Origin: Mageeibacillus sp. UBA1212
GTDB taxonomy: Bacteria; Bacillota; Clostridia; UBA1212
Assembly (NCBI GenBank): GCA_002309655.1
Contig: DBXM01000051.1
Span: forward strand, 2,856 to 66,855
DNA: 64,000 nucleotides
Reading direction: 5' to 3'
The notes under the pieces are model-generated. The model searched no databases. It was given only the letters and a program-made list of their open reading frames with translations, and was not told the DNA's origin. Both the position numbers and the translations under genes were made by a program. Within the stretch, counting starts at the first letter, position 1. Each line of letters opens with the position of its first letter. Positions 1 through 8,977 of this stretch are shown here, piece by piece.

Positions 1-601
1 GGTACAACAGCATGCCCTCGAAAATGAGCACCAGCCCCATTCCGCCGCTGTCGACAACGCCGGCCTCCTTAAGGCAAGGAAGCAGCTCGGGCGTGTTGAC
101 AAGGGAAACCTTGAGGCGGGAAACGTACATCCCGAGCAGCGTCTCGAACGAACAGTTGCGCGGAAGCTGAGGTCTGATGAACTCAATGCCCTCCCTCGCG
201 ACCGTCAGAATGGTGCCCTCTTTCGGCGACCTGCAGCCCGCGTAGGCCTGCCTGTAGGCGTGAACCAGCGCCGCCGCCATCGAAGCCGCCGACATAGTCT
301 CGTACCTTCTGAGACTGCGCGCGAAGCCGTCGAAGAAATTCGACACGATAACGCCCGAATTTCCGCGCGCGTTAATAATCATTCCGTCCGCCATCGCGCG
401 AAGATACGCGTTGAGCTTCTGCTGCCCCTCCGCGTCGCTTATGCCGTGCTGAACGGTCAGTCTCATGTTCGTGCCGGTGTCCCCGTCGGGAACCGGGAAA
501 ACGTTCAGGTCGTTGACCTTCTGTTCGTTCTCGCTTATTTTCCGTAGCGCGCCGCGCATCATTTTCGAGAACGCGGTGCCGTCAATGCGATATGTTGCCA
601 T
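1..601 (-). CDS. fakA: Fatty acid kinase subunit A (DAK2-domain protein, YloV-like), N-terminal part. ATG at 601; the C-terminus runs past the window start.
   Basis: Minus-strand translation from 601 gives MATYRIDGTAFSKMMRGALRKISENEQKVNDLNVFPVPDGDTGTNM..., the DAK2 signature VFPVPDGDTGTNM. It lies directly downstream of a DegV gene, as FakA does with FakB. Confidence 0.7.
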   Translation of the reverse strand, partial: MATYRIDGTAFSKMMRGALRKISENEQKVNDLNVFPVPDGDTGTNMRLTVQHGISDAEGQQKLNAYLRAMADGMIINARGNSGVIVSNFFDGFARSLRRYETMSAASMAAALVHAYRQAYAGCRSPKEGTILTVAREGIEFIRPQLPRNCSFETLLGMYVSRLKVSLVNTPELLPCLKEAGVVDSGGMGLVLIFEGMLLY

Positions 602-650
602 CTGTTACCCTGATTCTTAAAGTCTCTGTAAGATTGTCCCGGTTTAAACT

Positions 651-1574
651 TCAGTTCCCGAGGCGTGCAAAAATCTCGCCCTCTTCCTTGAGGTCGTCGG
701 AAATCTTCTTGCCGGTGTAGTAGCAGGCCATGATTCCGGGGCCCGAGTTGGAGCCGCTGCTTCTGAAAATGTCGGTGTAGTAAATCTCCTTCGGGTTAAA
801 GCGTTCCTTAATCATCGCCAGGAACTTCTCGGCCTGGGGCCTTCTCGCGGAGCTCGCGACTATCATGACCTGGTTCTCGGGGTCGATCGCGGTCTCGCCG
901 ATGTAGTCCAGAAGGATCCTGTAGGCGCTCTTCTCGCCCTTGATCTTGGTGAGAACGGTGGTCATGCCGTCCTTCGAAAAATCGCCGCAGGGCTTGATTC
1001 CGATAAGGGTTCCCATGAACGCCTTCGAGTTCGAAATTCTGCCTTTTTTAGCGGAAAACTGAAGGTCGTCGTGCCAGCCGGCCTGGTGGATCGACCACTT
1101 GATTTCCTCGCAGTACGCGAACGTTTCCTCAACGCCGAGACCCTCTTCGCGCTTGACCGCAGCAAGAACCGCGAGCAGACCGCCGCCGGTCGCAAACTTG
1201 CGCGAATCGACGACGAGAATCTTGACGTCCGGATACTTCTCTTTCAGATCGTCTCTCGCGTTGCAGGCGATGTCGTAGGTGCAGCTCATTTTCGAGCTCA
1301 TGCAGAAATAGAGGACGTCCTCGCCTTTCGCGGCGTGCTCCTCAAATACGGCTGTAACTTCCGGAAGCGTCGGCGGCGCCGTCTTGTAGCCCTCGGGGTT
1401 CTTTTTAAGCTTCGCGTAGAACTCCTCGCAGGTCTCCACGTCCCACTCCATCTTGGAGACGATCTCCTGACCGTCGGGATACGTTACGTGACCCTGAATA
1501 TATTCGATTCCGAATCTCTCCCTGATCTCTGCCGAGAGATCGCACGTGATGTCGATAACAATCTTAAAACTCAT
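651..1574 (-). CDS. DegV-family fatty-acid-binding protein (FakB-like).
   Basis: 307 aa. N-terminal IVIDITCDL and overall DegV fold signature. Adjacent to fakA. Confidence 0.8.
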   Translation of the reverse strand: MSFKIVIDITCDLSAEIRERFGIEYIQGHVTYPDGQEIVSKMEWDVETCEEFYAKLKKNPEGYKTAPPTLPEVTAVFEEHAAKGEDVLYFCMSSKMSCTYDIACNARDDLKEKYPDVKILVVDSRKFATGGGLLAVLAAVKREEGLGVEETFAYCEEIKWSIHQAGWHDDLQFSAKKGRISNSKAFMGTLIGIKPCGDFSKDGMTTVLTKIKGEKSAYRILLDYIGETAIDPENQVMIVASSARRPQAEKFLAMIKERFNPKEIYYTDIFRSSGSNSGPGIMACYYTGKKISDDLKEEGEIFARLGN

Positions 1575-1596
1575 TTCAAAACCTCACTTCATTAGT

Positions 1597-2532
1597 TTAT
1601 AAATCCTCATTCCCGAGTATCTTTCTTATCGCGCTCTCCACTTTTTCCGGGTCCGCGATAAACGCCTCAGCGTGCCCCGCTCCGTCCACCACAACGAGGT
1701 CCTTCTTTTCAGACGCGAGCGCCTTTAAATGCTCCTCCGACGCCGCGACGGGAACGACCACGTCCGCCCCTCCGTGAATGAAAAGCGCCGGAACCGTGCA
1801 CTTCGCGAGCTTTTCGTTAATTTGCTCCTTCCCGGTGTCGAACCCGCCGAAAAGGATTCCCGAAAACCTCGACACCTCGGCGAGCAGCCGGCCGAACGCC
1901 CCGATTTTGTGCATTCCGTTCTTGATGGTATCGCAGCCGGTTCTGTAGCCGCACTCGAGGGCCATGAACTTCACCTCGGGGTACTCCGCGAGCCTGTCGG
2001 CTGCAAGACAAATCGTGGCGGCGCCCATCGATACGCCGAAGAGCGCCACTTCCTTTCCGCCGGTTCTTGCGCGAAGCCAGTCGAGCCAGCTAAGAAGGTC
2101 GTTCTTCTCGCGGGTTCCGAAGGAAATGATCCTGCCGCCGCTGTCGAAGTGGGCTCGCTGCGACACGAGAAGCACGTTGTAGCCGAGGTTGCGGAACACC
2201 TTAAAAGCCGCGTGAACGTTGTTAAAAGGCGTCGCCCTGTAGCCGTGGAGCGCGATAACGGTCTTTTCGTTCCCGAAATCGTAGTACCTCGCGCCGAGGG
2301 TCAGTCCGTCGTAGGATTTGATCCTGACCGGCTCGTAGGGAATCGATTTGATCTCTTTCAGCGTGGCGAGCAGCCTGTCCGCGTAGGGGGCGTAGTGCGT
2401 TTCCGAAAGATTTAGCGATTCGAGCGGAATCTCCTTCCCGCGGTGGTACGTTCTGAAAAAAGCAAAAATGATCAGACCCGCAAGAGGCGCCACAAGAAGC
2501 ACCGCAGCCGCGATAATCCAGTACATTTTCAC
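1597..2532 (-). CDS. Membrane-anchored alpha/beta hydrolase (esterase/lipase/thioesterase-like).
   Basis: N-terminal TM helix and GVSMGA nucleophile-elbow motif. Alpha/beta hydrolase length and late-H pattern. Confidence 0.6.
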   Translation of the reverse strand: MKMYWIIAAAVLLVAPLAGLIIFAFFRTYHRGKEIPLESLNLSETHYAPYADRLLATLKEIKSIPYEPVRIKSYDGLTLGARYYDFGNEKTVIALHGYRATPFNNVHAAFKVFRNLGYNVLLVSQRAHFDSGGRIISFGTREKNDLLSWLDWLRARTGGKEVALFGVSMGAATICLAADRLAEYPEVKFMALECGYRTGCDTIKNGMHKIGAFGRLLAEVSRFSGILFGGFDTGKEQINEKLAKCTVPALFIHGGADVVVPVAASEEHLKALASEKKDLVVVDGAGHAEAFIADPEKVESAIRKILGNEDL

Positions 2533-2608
2533 TCCTTTCCGCCGCCGGCAAACTCAAACCGGGCGGCACGTTCACGCGCTCAAAGAAGATTTCAGCGCTT
2601 CCCCGCTT

Positions 2609-2866
2609 TCAGTTTTTCTGCGCGTTTTCGATGTAGCTGACCACGTCGCCGAGCGTCTTAAAATCGCCCATGCCGACGTTGTCGAAGCTGACGCCGAATT
2701 CGTTCTCGATAATAATAATCATGTAGATCATGCCGACCGAAGACAGCCCGAAATAGTCGGTAAGGCCTGATTCCTCGGTGCCCTTCATGATCCTCTCGCT
2801 GTCGCCCGGATTCTGGTAGATCAGTATTTCCTTAAGCTTGGCGGCAATTTCCTCACGCGTTCGCAT
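2609..2866 (-). CDS. Acyl carrier protein-like (phosphopantetheine-binding).
   Basis: 85 aa, acidic 4-helix carrier pattern with a conserved Ser in DYFGLSSVGM. Sits between an AMP-ligase and a hydrolase. Confidence 0.6.
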   Translation of the reverse strand: MRTREEIAAKLKEILIYQNPGDSERIMKGTEESGLTDYFGLSSVGMIYMIIIIENEFGVSFDNVGMGDFKTLGDVVSYIENAQKN

Positions 2867-2881
2867 AATTGAACCTCCGGA

Positions 2882-4402
2882 TCAGGCAAACTTGTTGTAT
2901 CTCTTGATCTTCATCGCGGGCGTGCGCTCGAAGTCCTCGGTGCGGATCGTGATTCTCTGGGGGCGCTGGTACGCGGGAAGCGACTCGGTGACTGTAGATA
3001 CTGCCTCAAGAAGCTTCGCCTTCGCGGTCTCTGCGTCGAACATGGCCAGCTCGGTCTTTCTGGGAACGATCTCCAGGTGCAGGAAGTGCGGTCCGTCACC
3101 GTCGGCGTCTTCGAAGAGCTGGCAGTCCTGAACGTAGCTCAGTTCGTCGTAGCGGGCCTCGACCTCGGCGGGCGAGACGTTCTCGCCGTTGGAAAGAACG
3201 ATGATCTCCTTGGTTCTGCCGGTGATATAAAGGTAGCCGTCCTCGTCGATTCTTGCAAGGTCGCCTGTCTTGAACCAGCCGTCCTCCGAGAACGCGATTT
3301 TGTTCTCCTCCGGTGCGCCGACGTAGCCCTTCATGATATTGACGCCCTTGAGCCACAGCTCGCCGTCAACCAGCTTGAGCTCCTGTCCGGGGTAAGGAAT
3401 GCCGACGGACTCGGGCTTCAGTAAGGGGGTCGGGTTGCCGGACACCAGGTTGGCGGACTCGGTAAGGCCGTATCCGGGGTAGATCGTAACGCCGAGCTTG
3501 CCGCACTCCTGAATGAGATAAGGCGGAACCCATGCCGCGCCGCAGATAATATACTCGATGGTGCCGAACATGTTCTTCTTAAAGAGACGCGAAAGACCCA
3601 GCGCCATTTCCACCAGCGCGGGAACGGTCACGAGAACGTTCGGCCTGTAGGCGCCGATGTCGGCGAAGAGGTCCTTGTTGTTGCGGCAGATGCAGAGCGT
3701 GCTGCCGGTGTAGACGCTGCACATGAGGTTCCTGACGAGTCCGAAAACGTGGGACAGCGGCAGGCAGAGGATGTATCTCCTGTAGAAAACGTCCTTCAGG
3801 CTGTAGCAGCCGAAAACCGTGCCGGCGATCATATTTCTGTGGCTGAGAAGCGCGCCCTTGCTGCGGCCGGTGGTGCCGCCCGTGAACATGATAACGCAGT
3901 CGTCGTCGGGCTCAACGTCCGGATCGTAATCCGTCTCCTCGCCCTCGCCGCTTGCAAGAAGCTTGACGAATCCGGGTTTTCTCGCCTCCGCGACAGCCAG
4001 TTTCTCCTCGAGACCGGCGCCGGAAACGATGCCCTTGAGCCCGAACATCATCGAGACGCCGAAGATCGTTCCCGGGTCAAGCTGGACAGGCAGCACCGCG
4101 ACGGTGACGCCCATTCCAGAGAGCGCGAAAAACGCCTTCAAAAAGTCGGCCGAATTCGGAAGAAGTATTCCCACGCGGTCGCCCTTCACGATGCCGTTGG
4201 CGGCACAGTAGCCTCTGAACTTCCTAACAAGAACGTTCAGCTGCGAATATGTCAGAACGTTCTCCTTGTCCTCGACTGCGTTCCTGTCGCCGTAGGAAAC
4301 GGCCGCCTCCCACATCTCGCCCACCGATTTATAGTAAACGAGACGCGAAAAAGTTTCGCTGTCGGTGTAACGTGCGAAATAGCTGATGTCTTTTGCCTTC
4401 AT
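2882..4402 (-). CDS. AMP-binding acyl-activating enzyme (long-chain acyl-CoA/acyl-ACP synthetase family).
   Basis: TGGTTGRSKGA P-loop-like AMP-binding motif, YGLTE, GWFKTGDL and PAMKIKR C-terminal motifs. Confidence 0.75.
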   Translation of the reverse strand: MKAKDISYFARYTDSETFSRLVYYKSVGEMWEAAVSYGDRNAVEDKENVLTYSQLNVLVRKFRGYCAANGIVKGDRVGILLPNSADFLKAFFALSGMGVTVAVLPVQLDPGTIFGVSMMFGLKGIVSGAGLEEKLAVAEARKPGFVKLLASGEGEETDYDPDVEPDDDCVIMFTGGTTGRSKGALLSHRNMIAGTVFGCYSLKDVFYRRYILCLPLSHVFGLVRNLMCSVYTGSTLCICRNNKDLFADIGAYRPNVLVTVPALVEMALGLSRLFKKNMFGTIEYIICGAAWVPPYLIQECGKLGVTIYPGYGLTESANLVSGNPTPLLKPESVGIPYPGQELKLVDGELWLKGVNIMKGYVGAPEENKIAFSEDGWFKTGDLARIDEDGYLYITGRTKEIIVLSNGENVSPAEVEARYDELSYVQDCQLFEDADGDGPHFLHLEIVPRKTELAMFDAETAKAKLLEAVSTVTESLPAYQRPQRITIRTEDFERTPAMKIKRYNKFA

Positions 4403-4529
4403 AGTACCCTCCGCTGATTAAATTAGTTGCCCGTGCGCGCGCGACGTTTTGAGTGAGCGGCATAATGTGCCGCCGCGGCCGCTTGTGAGCGCGGGAATGT
4501 TGTCTGTATATTAAGAATTACTGCGCCCT

Positions 4530-5294
4530 TTATTGCGCGCCGTTTCCGCCGCCGTCCGTTTCAGAGGTCTCATAAGGAACGCCCTCGACAAGCGACTTTA
4601 AGTAGTTTTCCTTCTCGCCGAGCATTCTCGCGACCTCCTCGATGCGGTCCATCGTGGGCATGTTCCCGAGAAGCGCCTTCACGTCCACGGGCTCGCCGAT
4701 TGCGATCCTCAGACGGTCGAAAATCTTCTGCTTACTGCGCACGTAAACAGGCCAGACAGGCACGCCGCTCTGATACGCCATCAGAACCATGCCTGACTTT
4801 AAATTATCCACCATCGGCGACTTTTTTTCAAGTTCTTTTTTTGCGCCGCCCTGCTCTTTTCCCTGCTTCTGCCCGCCTTCCGAGCCTTCGGGAACGCTGT
4901 CCCCGCCGCAGCCGCAGCCTTCCTTGCCGCGCACGACGTGCCCCTCGGGAAAAATCACGCACAGGTCGCCCTTTTTCAGATGGCCGGTGATTTCCTTAAA
5001 CGAGCTCATTCCGAAGTTCTCGCGGTCGATGGGAATGGTCAGAAACTGCGTGAACATCCAGCGCCTGAAAGGGGTGCTGTAGAGCTCCTTCGCGCACACG
5101 TAGTGATGGCGGCGGTACCAGATGCAGAGCATAAGATACATGGGGTCGGCCATCGAGTTGTGGTTGCTGATCATCAGAGCGCCGCCCCTGACCTTTTTCT
5201 TCGCGTTTTCGTTTTCGTAATACTTTTTCGGCCAGTACCAGAGCAGCGCCGGGCAAGCCGTAAAATGTACAAAGTCGTAAATGAATGTGCCCAT
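4530..5294 (-). CDS. PlsC-family lysophospholipid/glycerolipid acyltransferase.
   Basis: HxxxxD motif (ISNHNSMADP) and FPEG motif. Internal Gly/Cys-rich low-complexity insert. Confidence 0.7.
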   Translation of the reverse strand: MGTFIYDFVHFTACPALLWYWPKKYYENENAKKKVRGGALMISNHNSMADPMYLMLCIWYRRHHYVCAKELYSTPFRRWMFTQFLTIPIDRENFGMSSFKEITGHLKKGDLCVIFPEGHVVRGKEGCGCGGDSVPEGSEGGQKQGKEQGGAKKELEKKSPMVDNLKSGMVLMAYQSGVPVWPVYVRSKQKIFDRLRIAIGEPVDVKALLGNMPTMDRIEEVARMLGEKENYLKSLVEGVPYETSETDGGGNGAQ

Positions 5295-5366
5295 AAGGCA
5301 TCCGCCTTTCTTTCCGCCGCCAATGCGTTCTAAGCGATTTTAAACGCGTTTGCGGGCATTCTTGTT

Positions 5367-6008
5367 TCAGGAGCGTAATTTCTCCTCCGTGGCCTCGCCG
5401 AGCCTTATAACGGCCTCTCTGAGCTTCTCAGAGCAAACCGCGAGGTTTTCGCGCTCGGAAACGTCCGGATCGTAATAATCAAAGAGGTCAATGGGCTTCC
5501 CGACGGTCACGTGGGGCCGCTTGAAAACCTTGAAATACCTGCCGTCAGTGTAGACGGGAATGACCGGGACGTTCATCGCGAGAGCTATATACGCTGCGCT
5601 TGGTTTGAACTCCAGCGGCCTTTCTTCGTCTTTCAGCGGCAGCCGCGACTCCGGAAAAATACCGAGCACGCCTCCCCTGTCGAGAATATCCTCCGACTTC
5701 GGCACGAAGCCGAAATCCTTCGCGTCCCTGTCGACGTACACCGCCCCGAGCATCTTAAGCAGCCTTGCGAGCCCTTTTTTCTCATAGAGGACCTCCGCGG
5801 TCTGGAACCTGACCGTCCTCCGGAAAAAGACGAACAGAAGCTGCACGTAGTCGAAAATCGACGTGTGGTTGCAGACGATCACCGCGGGGCCTTTCAGGTA
5901 CGCGTTTTTCGTTTCTTTGTCCTCGTAGAAGACCTTCGCCCTGAAAAGAAGGAGCGCGCCGGGCCAGCCGGTCAGCTTGGCGAACCAGTTAAATAGAACG
6001 TACCTCAC
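5367..6008 (-). CDS. PlsC-family acyltransferase (second copy).
   Basis: CNHTSIFD (HxxxxD) and IFPESR motifs. The start overlaps the upstream AMP-ligase stop by 4 nt. Confidence 0.65.
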   Translation of the reverse strand: MRYVLFNWFAKLTGWPGALLLFRAKVFYEDKETKNAYLKGPAVIVCNHTSIFDYVQLLFVFFRRTVRFQTAEVLYEKKGLARLLKMLGAVYVDRDAKDFGFVPKSEDILDRGGVLGIFPESRLPLKDEERPLEFKPSAAYIALAMNVPVIPVYTDGRYFKVFKRPHVTVGKPIDLFDYYDPDVSERENLAVCSEKLREAVIRLGEATEEKLRS

Positions 6009-8005
6009 AGCCCCGCCTCCTTCATAAACGCCGCGAGCCCTTCCGCGGTAGTCAGGCCTGCTCCGTCACTGCCGGCCGGGAAGCCGCACCCGAACTCTTT
6101 GTCGAGGTCGGAAACGAGCTGAAAGTAGTCGAGCGAAGTGCCGCCGAGGTCGCGGAAGAAATCGCTGTCCGGATTTACGTTTTCGGGGTCCGCTCCGGTG
6201 GCGTCGCACATGAATTGTATTATATTTTTTACGAGTGCGTCGGGAATTTCTCCGGTCTTACCGGCTTCTTCGCCGCCTTCGCCTTCATTTTTGTATTTCC
6301 AGGAAATATCCTCAATTCCGCCGCTCTCGAGAAGCTTCCTGATCTTCGTTCGCGAGACCTTGAAGTCGCCGTCGGCAATAAGCTTTTTATCCGTGATTAT
6401 GAACTCGGATATCCTGCCGCGGAGGTTTGACGCGGCGGCGGCCTTTTCAAGCCTTGCTTTGAGCGCCGCCGCTTCCCCTGTTCCCGAAAACCTTTTCACC
6501 TCGGCAACGAGGACCGCGCCGGCGCCCTTTTTAACAAGGCAGACCGCTTCGGCGCCGGCGTCCTTGAAAACCTTTTCAGCTTCGTCAGGGTTGATGTTCT
6601 CGCCGTCGGCAAGCACGATAAGGTCGTCGTTCCTGCCGAGGATCTTGTAGTAGCCGTTCTCCTCCGAAGCCAGGTCGCCGGTCGCGAAGTAGCCGTCCGC
6701 CTCGCGCCTCACGCCGTTTTCGATGATATATTTGGCGTTGACCTTGCCCCTTACCGACAGCATGCCGTTCCCGTCCAGCGAGAACTCCACGCCGCCCAGG
6801 GGTCTGCCCACCGCCCCTTTTACAATGTCTTTGACGCGGTTCCTGAGCTCGACGCTTGTGATTCCGGTCTCGGTCATGCCGTAGCCGTTCACGAGCCTGT
6901 AGCCGATCAGGTTGAAGAACCGCAGCGCCTCGCCGGAAATCGGCCCGCCGCCGCTTATCATGAAGCTGATGCTGTCGCCGAACATCCCTCTGCGAATCTC
7001 TCCGAAAGCCGCCTTCGAAAACGCCCTGCCGAGCGCGTTCCCGGCAACCGGCAACGCGTAGATTTTTTCCGCGAGCTTCATTCCCTTTTCGAACTTCGCG
7101 ACCGTCGCCGGCCCCCGCGATTTAATCTTTTTCATCGCCGCGCCGTACACTTTTTCCCAGAACAGCGGCACCGCAAAAATGTGGGTCACGTGCCTGCGCC
7201 TGACCGTCTGCGTGACCGTGTCGGCCGCGAGGTCGTTCAGCAGCACGAACGTTCTGGAATAGAACGCGAACCATATATAGACCGCGACGAGTCCGAAAAT
7301 GTGGTAGAACGGCAGGAACGTCAAATGCTTCAGCTCGCCCCTGTAATGCCTCGCCAGCAGCCGGTTTTGCTTGATAATCTCGAACGAATACTTGATCTGG
7401 CAGTAGAGCTCCTCCGCACCGAAGGCGCAGATTTTGACGCCGGAAGTCGTCCCCGAAGTCATCAAAAGAATCTCACCGCCGCATGCGCGCAGGTCCGGTT
7501 CGGGAATCTCATTAACCGCGCACGCTTCTTCGTAAATGCTCTCCGCAGAATAAGCGGGAAGCCCGCACACCGATCCGCCGCAGCATAATTTACCGTCAGC
7601 AATAACCGCCGCCGCGCCGCACATTTCGCACGCGCTTTTAAGCGTCTCCTCCGCAAGCATAAGGTTCATCAGAAGAGGCCGCCTGCCGCACAGAATGACC
7701 GCCCAGAACATCTCGATCCACAGAAGGCTGTTCGCCATGTAAATGCCCACCGGCGCGTCCTCCGGCAGGTCCGCGAACTTCCCGCGCATTAACCGGGCGG
7801 TTTTGAGAATGTCGTTTTTTGCCTCTTTATAGGTTGTTTTCTCGACCTTCAGCCCTCTCATGCGCTCAATAAGAATGTTCTCCTCTTCCGAGAACATCAG
7901 CTCAAAAAGTGAGCCGAGATCCTTTTCCATAGAGGAGAACCGCGCGAGTTTGCCTGAGACGTATTCGTTTACCGACTTTGCGTCGCCGAGATTTTTTATC
8001 CTCAT
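6005..8005 (-). CDS. AMP-binding acyl-activating enzyme fused to a C-terminal carrier-protein (PP-binding) domain.
   Basis: MTSGTTSGVK, GYGMTE and YFATGDL motifs. The C-terminal ~80 aa carry FFRDLGGTSLDYFQLV (carrier-protein Ser motif). Paralogous to the 31882..33651 product. Confidence 0.75.
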   Translation of the reverse strand: MRIKNLGDAKSVNEYVSGKLARFSSMEKDLGSLFELMFSEEENILIERMRGLKVEKTTYKEAKNDILKTARLMRGKFADLPEDAPVGIYMANSLLWIEMFWAVILCGRRPLLMNLMLAEETLKSACEMCGAAAVIADGKLCCGGSVCGLPAYSAESIYEEACAVNEIPEPDLRACGGEILLMTSGTTSGVKICAFGAEELYCQIKYSFEIIKQNRLLARHYRGELKHLTFLPFYHIFGLVAVYIWFAFYSRTFVLLNDLAADTVTQTVRRRHVTHIFAVPLFWEKVYGAAMKKIKSRGPATVAKFEKGMKLAEKIYALPVAGNALGRAFSKAAFGEIRRGMFGDSISFMISGGGPISGEALRFFNLIGYRLVNGYGMTETGITSVELRNRVKDIVKGAVGRPLGGVEFSLDGNGMLSVRGKVNAKYIIENGVRREADGYFATGDLASEENGYYKILGRNDDLIVLADGENINPDEAEKVFKDAGAEAVCLVKKGAGAVLVAEVKRFSGTGEAAALKARLEKAAAASNLRGRISEFIITDKKLIADGDFKVSRTKIRKLLESGGIEDISWKYKNEGEGGEEAGKTGEIPDALVKNIIQFMCDATGADPENVNPDSDFFRDLGGTSLDYFQLVSDLDKEFGCGFPAGSDGAGLTTAEGLAAFMKEAGL

Positions 8006-8061
8006 CTGTGCATCAACTCTCCCGAACAGGGGGAAATCAATTAAATACCTGCGGGTCTGAA

Positions 8062-8976
8062 TTATTCGCCGCCCGCTTTTTTCTTTTCGAATATGCTCTC
8101 CGCAGCGTAAAGCGTGTTCCTGAGAAGCATCGTGATCGTCATCGGTCCGACGCCGCCGGGAACGGGAGTGATCGCGCCGCAGACCGGGAATACCGACTCG
8201 AAGTCGCAGTCGCCGCAGAGCTTCCCGTTTTCGTCGCGGTTCATGCCCACGTCGATAACGACGGCGCCCGGCTTGATAAACGAGGCGTCGATCATTTTCG
8301 CCCTGCCGACGGCCGCCACAAGAATGTCCGCGTTCCGCGCGATCTCCTTAAGGCCGACCGTTTTGGAGTGGGCTGTGGTGACGGTTCCGTCCGCGGCGAG
8401 AAGAAGCATTGAAACCGGCTTCCCGACGATGTTGCTTCTGCCTATAACAAGGCAGTTTTTGCCGCGCACCGAAGTTCCGGTCGCCGCAATCAGCTCCATA
8501 ATTCCCGCAGGCGTGCAGGGAAGAAAACCGGGGTCGCCGCAGCAGAGACGGCCGACGTTCACCGGATGGAAGCAGTCCACGTCCTTTTCGGGCGAGATCG
8601 CGTTGATGATCTTTTTCTCGTCGATGCCGCGCGGAAGCGGAAGCTGCACGAGAATTCCGTCGATATTCGCGTCGACGTTGAGCCCGCCTATAAGCGAAAG
8701 CAGTTCCTCTTCGGAAACGTCCGCGGGAAGCGCGAACTCCAGCGATGTGAAGCCGACCTCCGCGCAAGCGTTTTTCTTGTTCCGCACGTAGATCTTCGAA
8801 GCGGGGTCGTCGCCCGCGATAACAACGGCGAGCGCCGGCTTCCTGCCGGATTTTTCCTCAAACGCAAGCGCCTGTTCGCGAACAACCGTTCTGATCCTTG
8901 CCGACACGGCCTTCCCGTTGATTATTTTCCCCGAAAACTCCGGCGCTGCCGCAGCCTCATTTAAAACGTCAGTCAT
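8062..8976 (-). CDS. folD: Bifunctional methylenetetrahydrofolate dehydrogenase/cyclohydrolase.
   Basis: Conserved FolD blocks: PALAVVIAGDDPASKIYVRNK, ILVQLPLP, TPAGIMELI and NCLVIGRSNIVGKP. Confidence 0.85.
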   Translation of the reverse strand: MTDVLNEAAAAPEFSGKIINGKAVSARIRTVVREQALAFEEKSGRKPALAVVIAGDDPASKIYVRNKKNACAEVGFTSLEFALPADVSEEELLSLIGGLNVDANIDGILVQLPLPRGIDEKKIINAISPEKDVDCFHPVNVGRLCCGDPGFLPCTPAGIMELIAATGTSVRGKNCLVIGRSNIVGKPVSMLLLAADGTVTTAHSKTVGLKEIARNADILVAAVGRAKMIDASFIKPGAVVIDVGMNRDENGKLCGDCDFESVFPVCGAITPVPGGVGPMTITMLLRNTLYAAESIFEKKKAGGE

Positions 8977-8977
8977 T

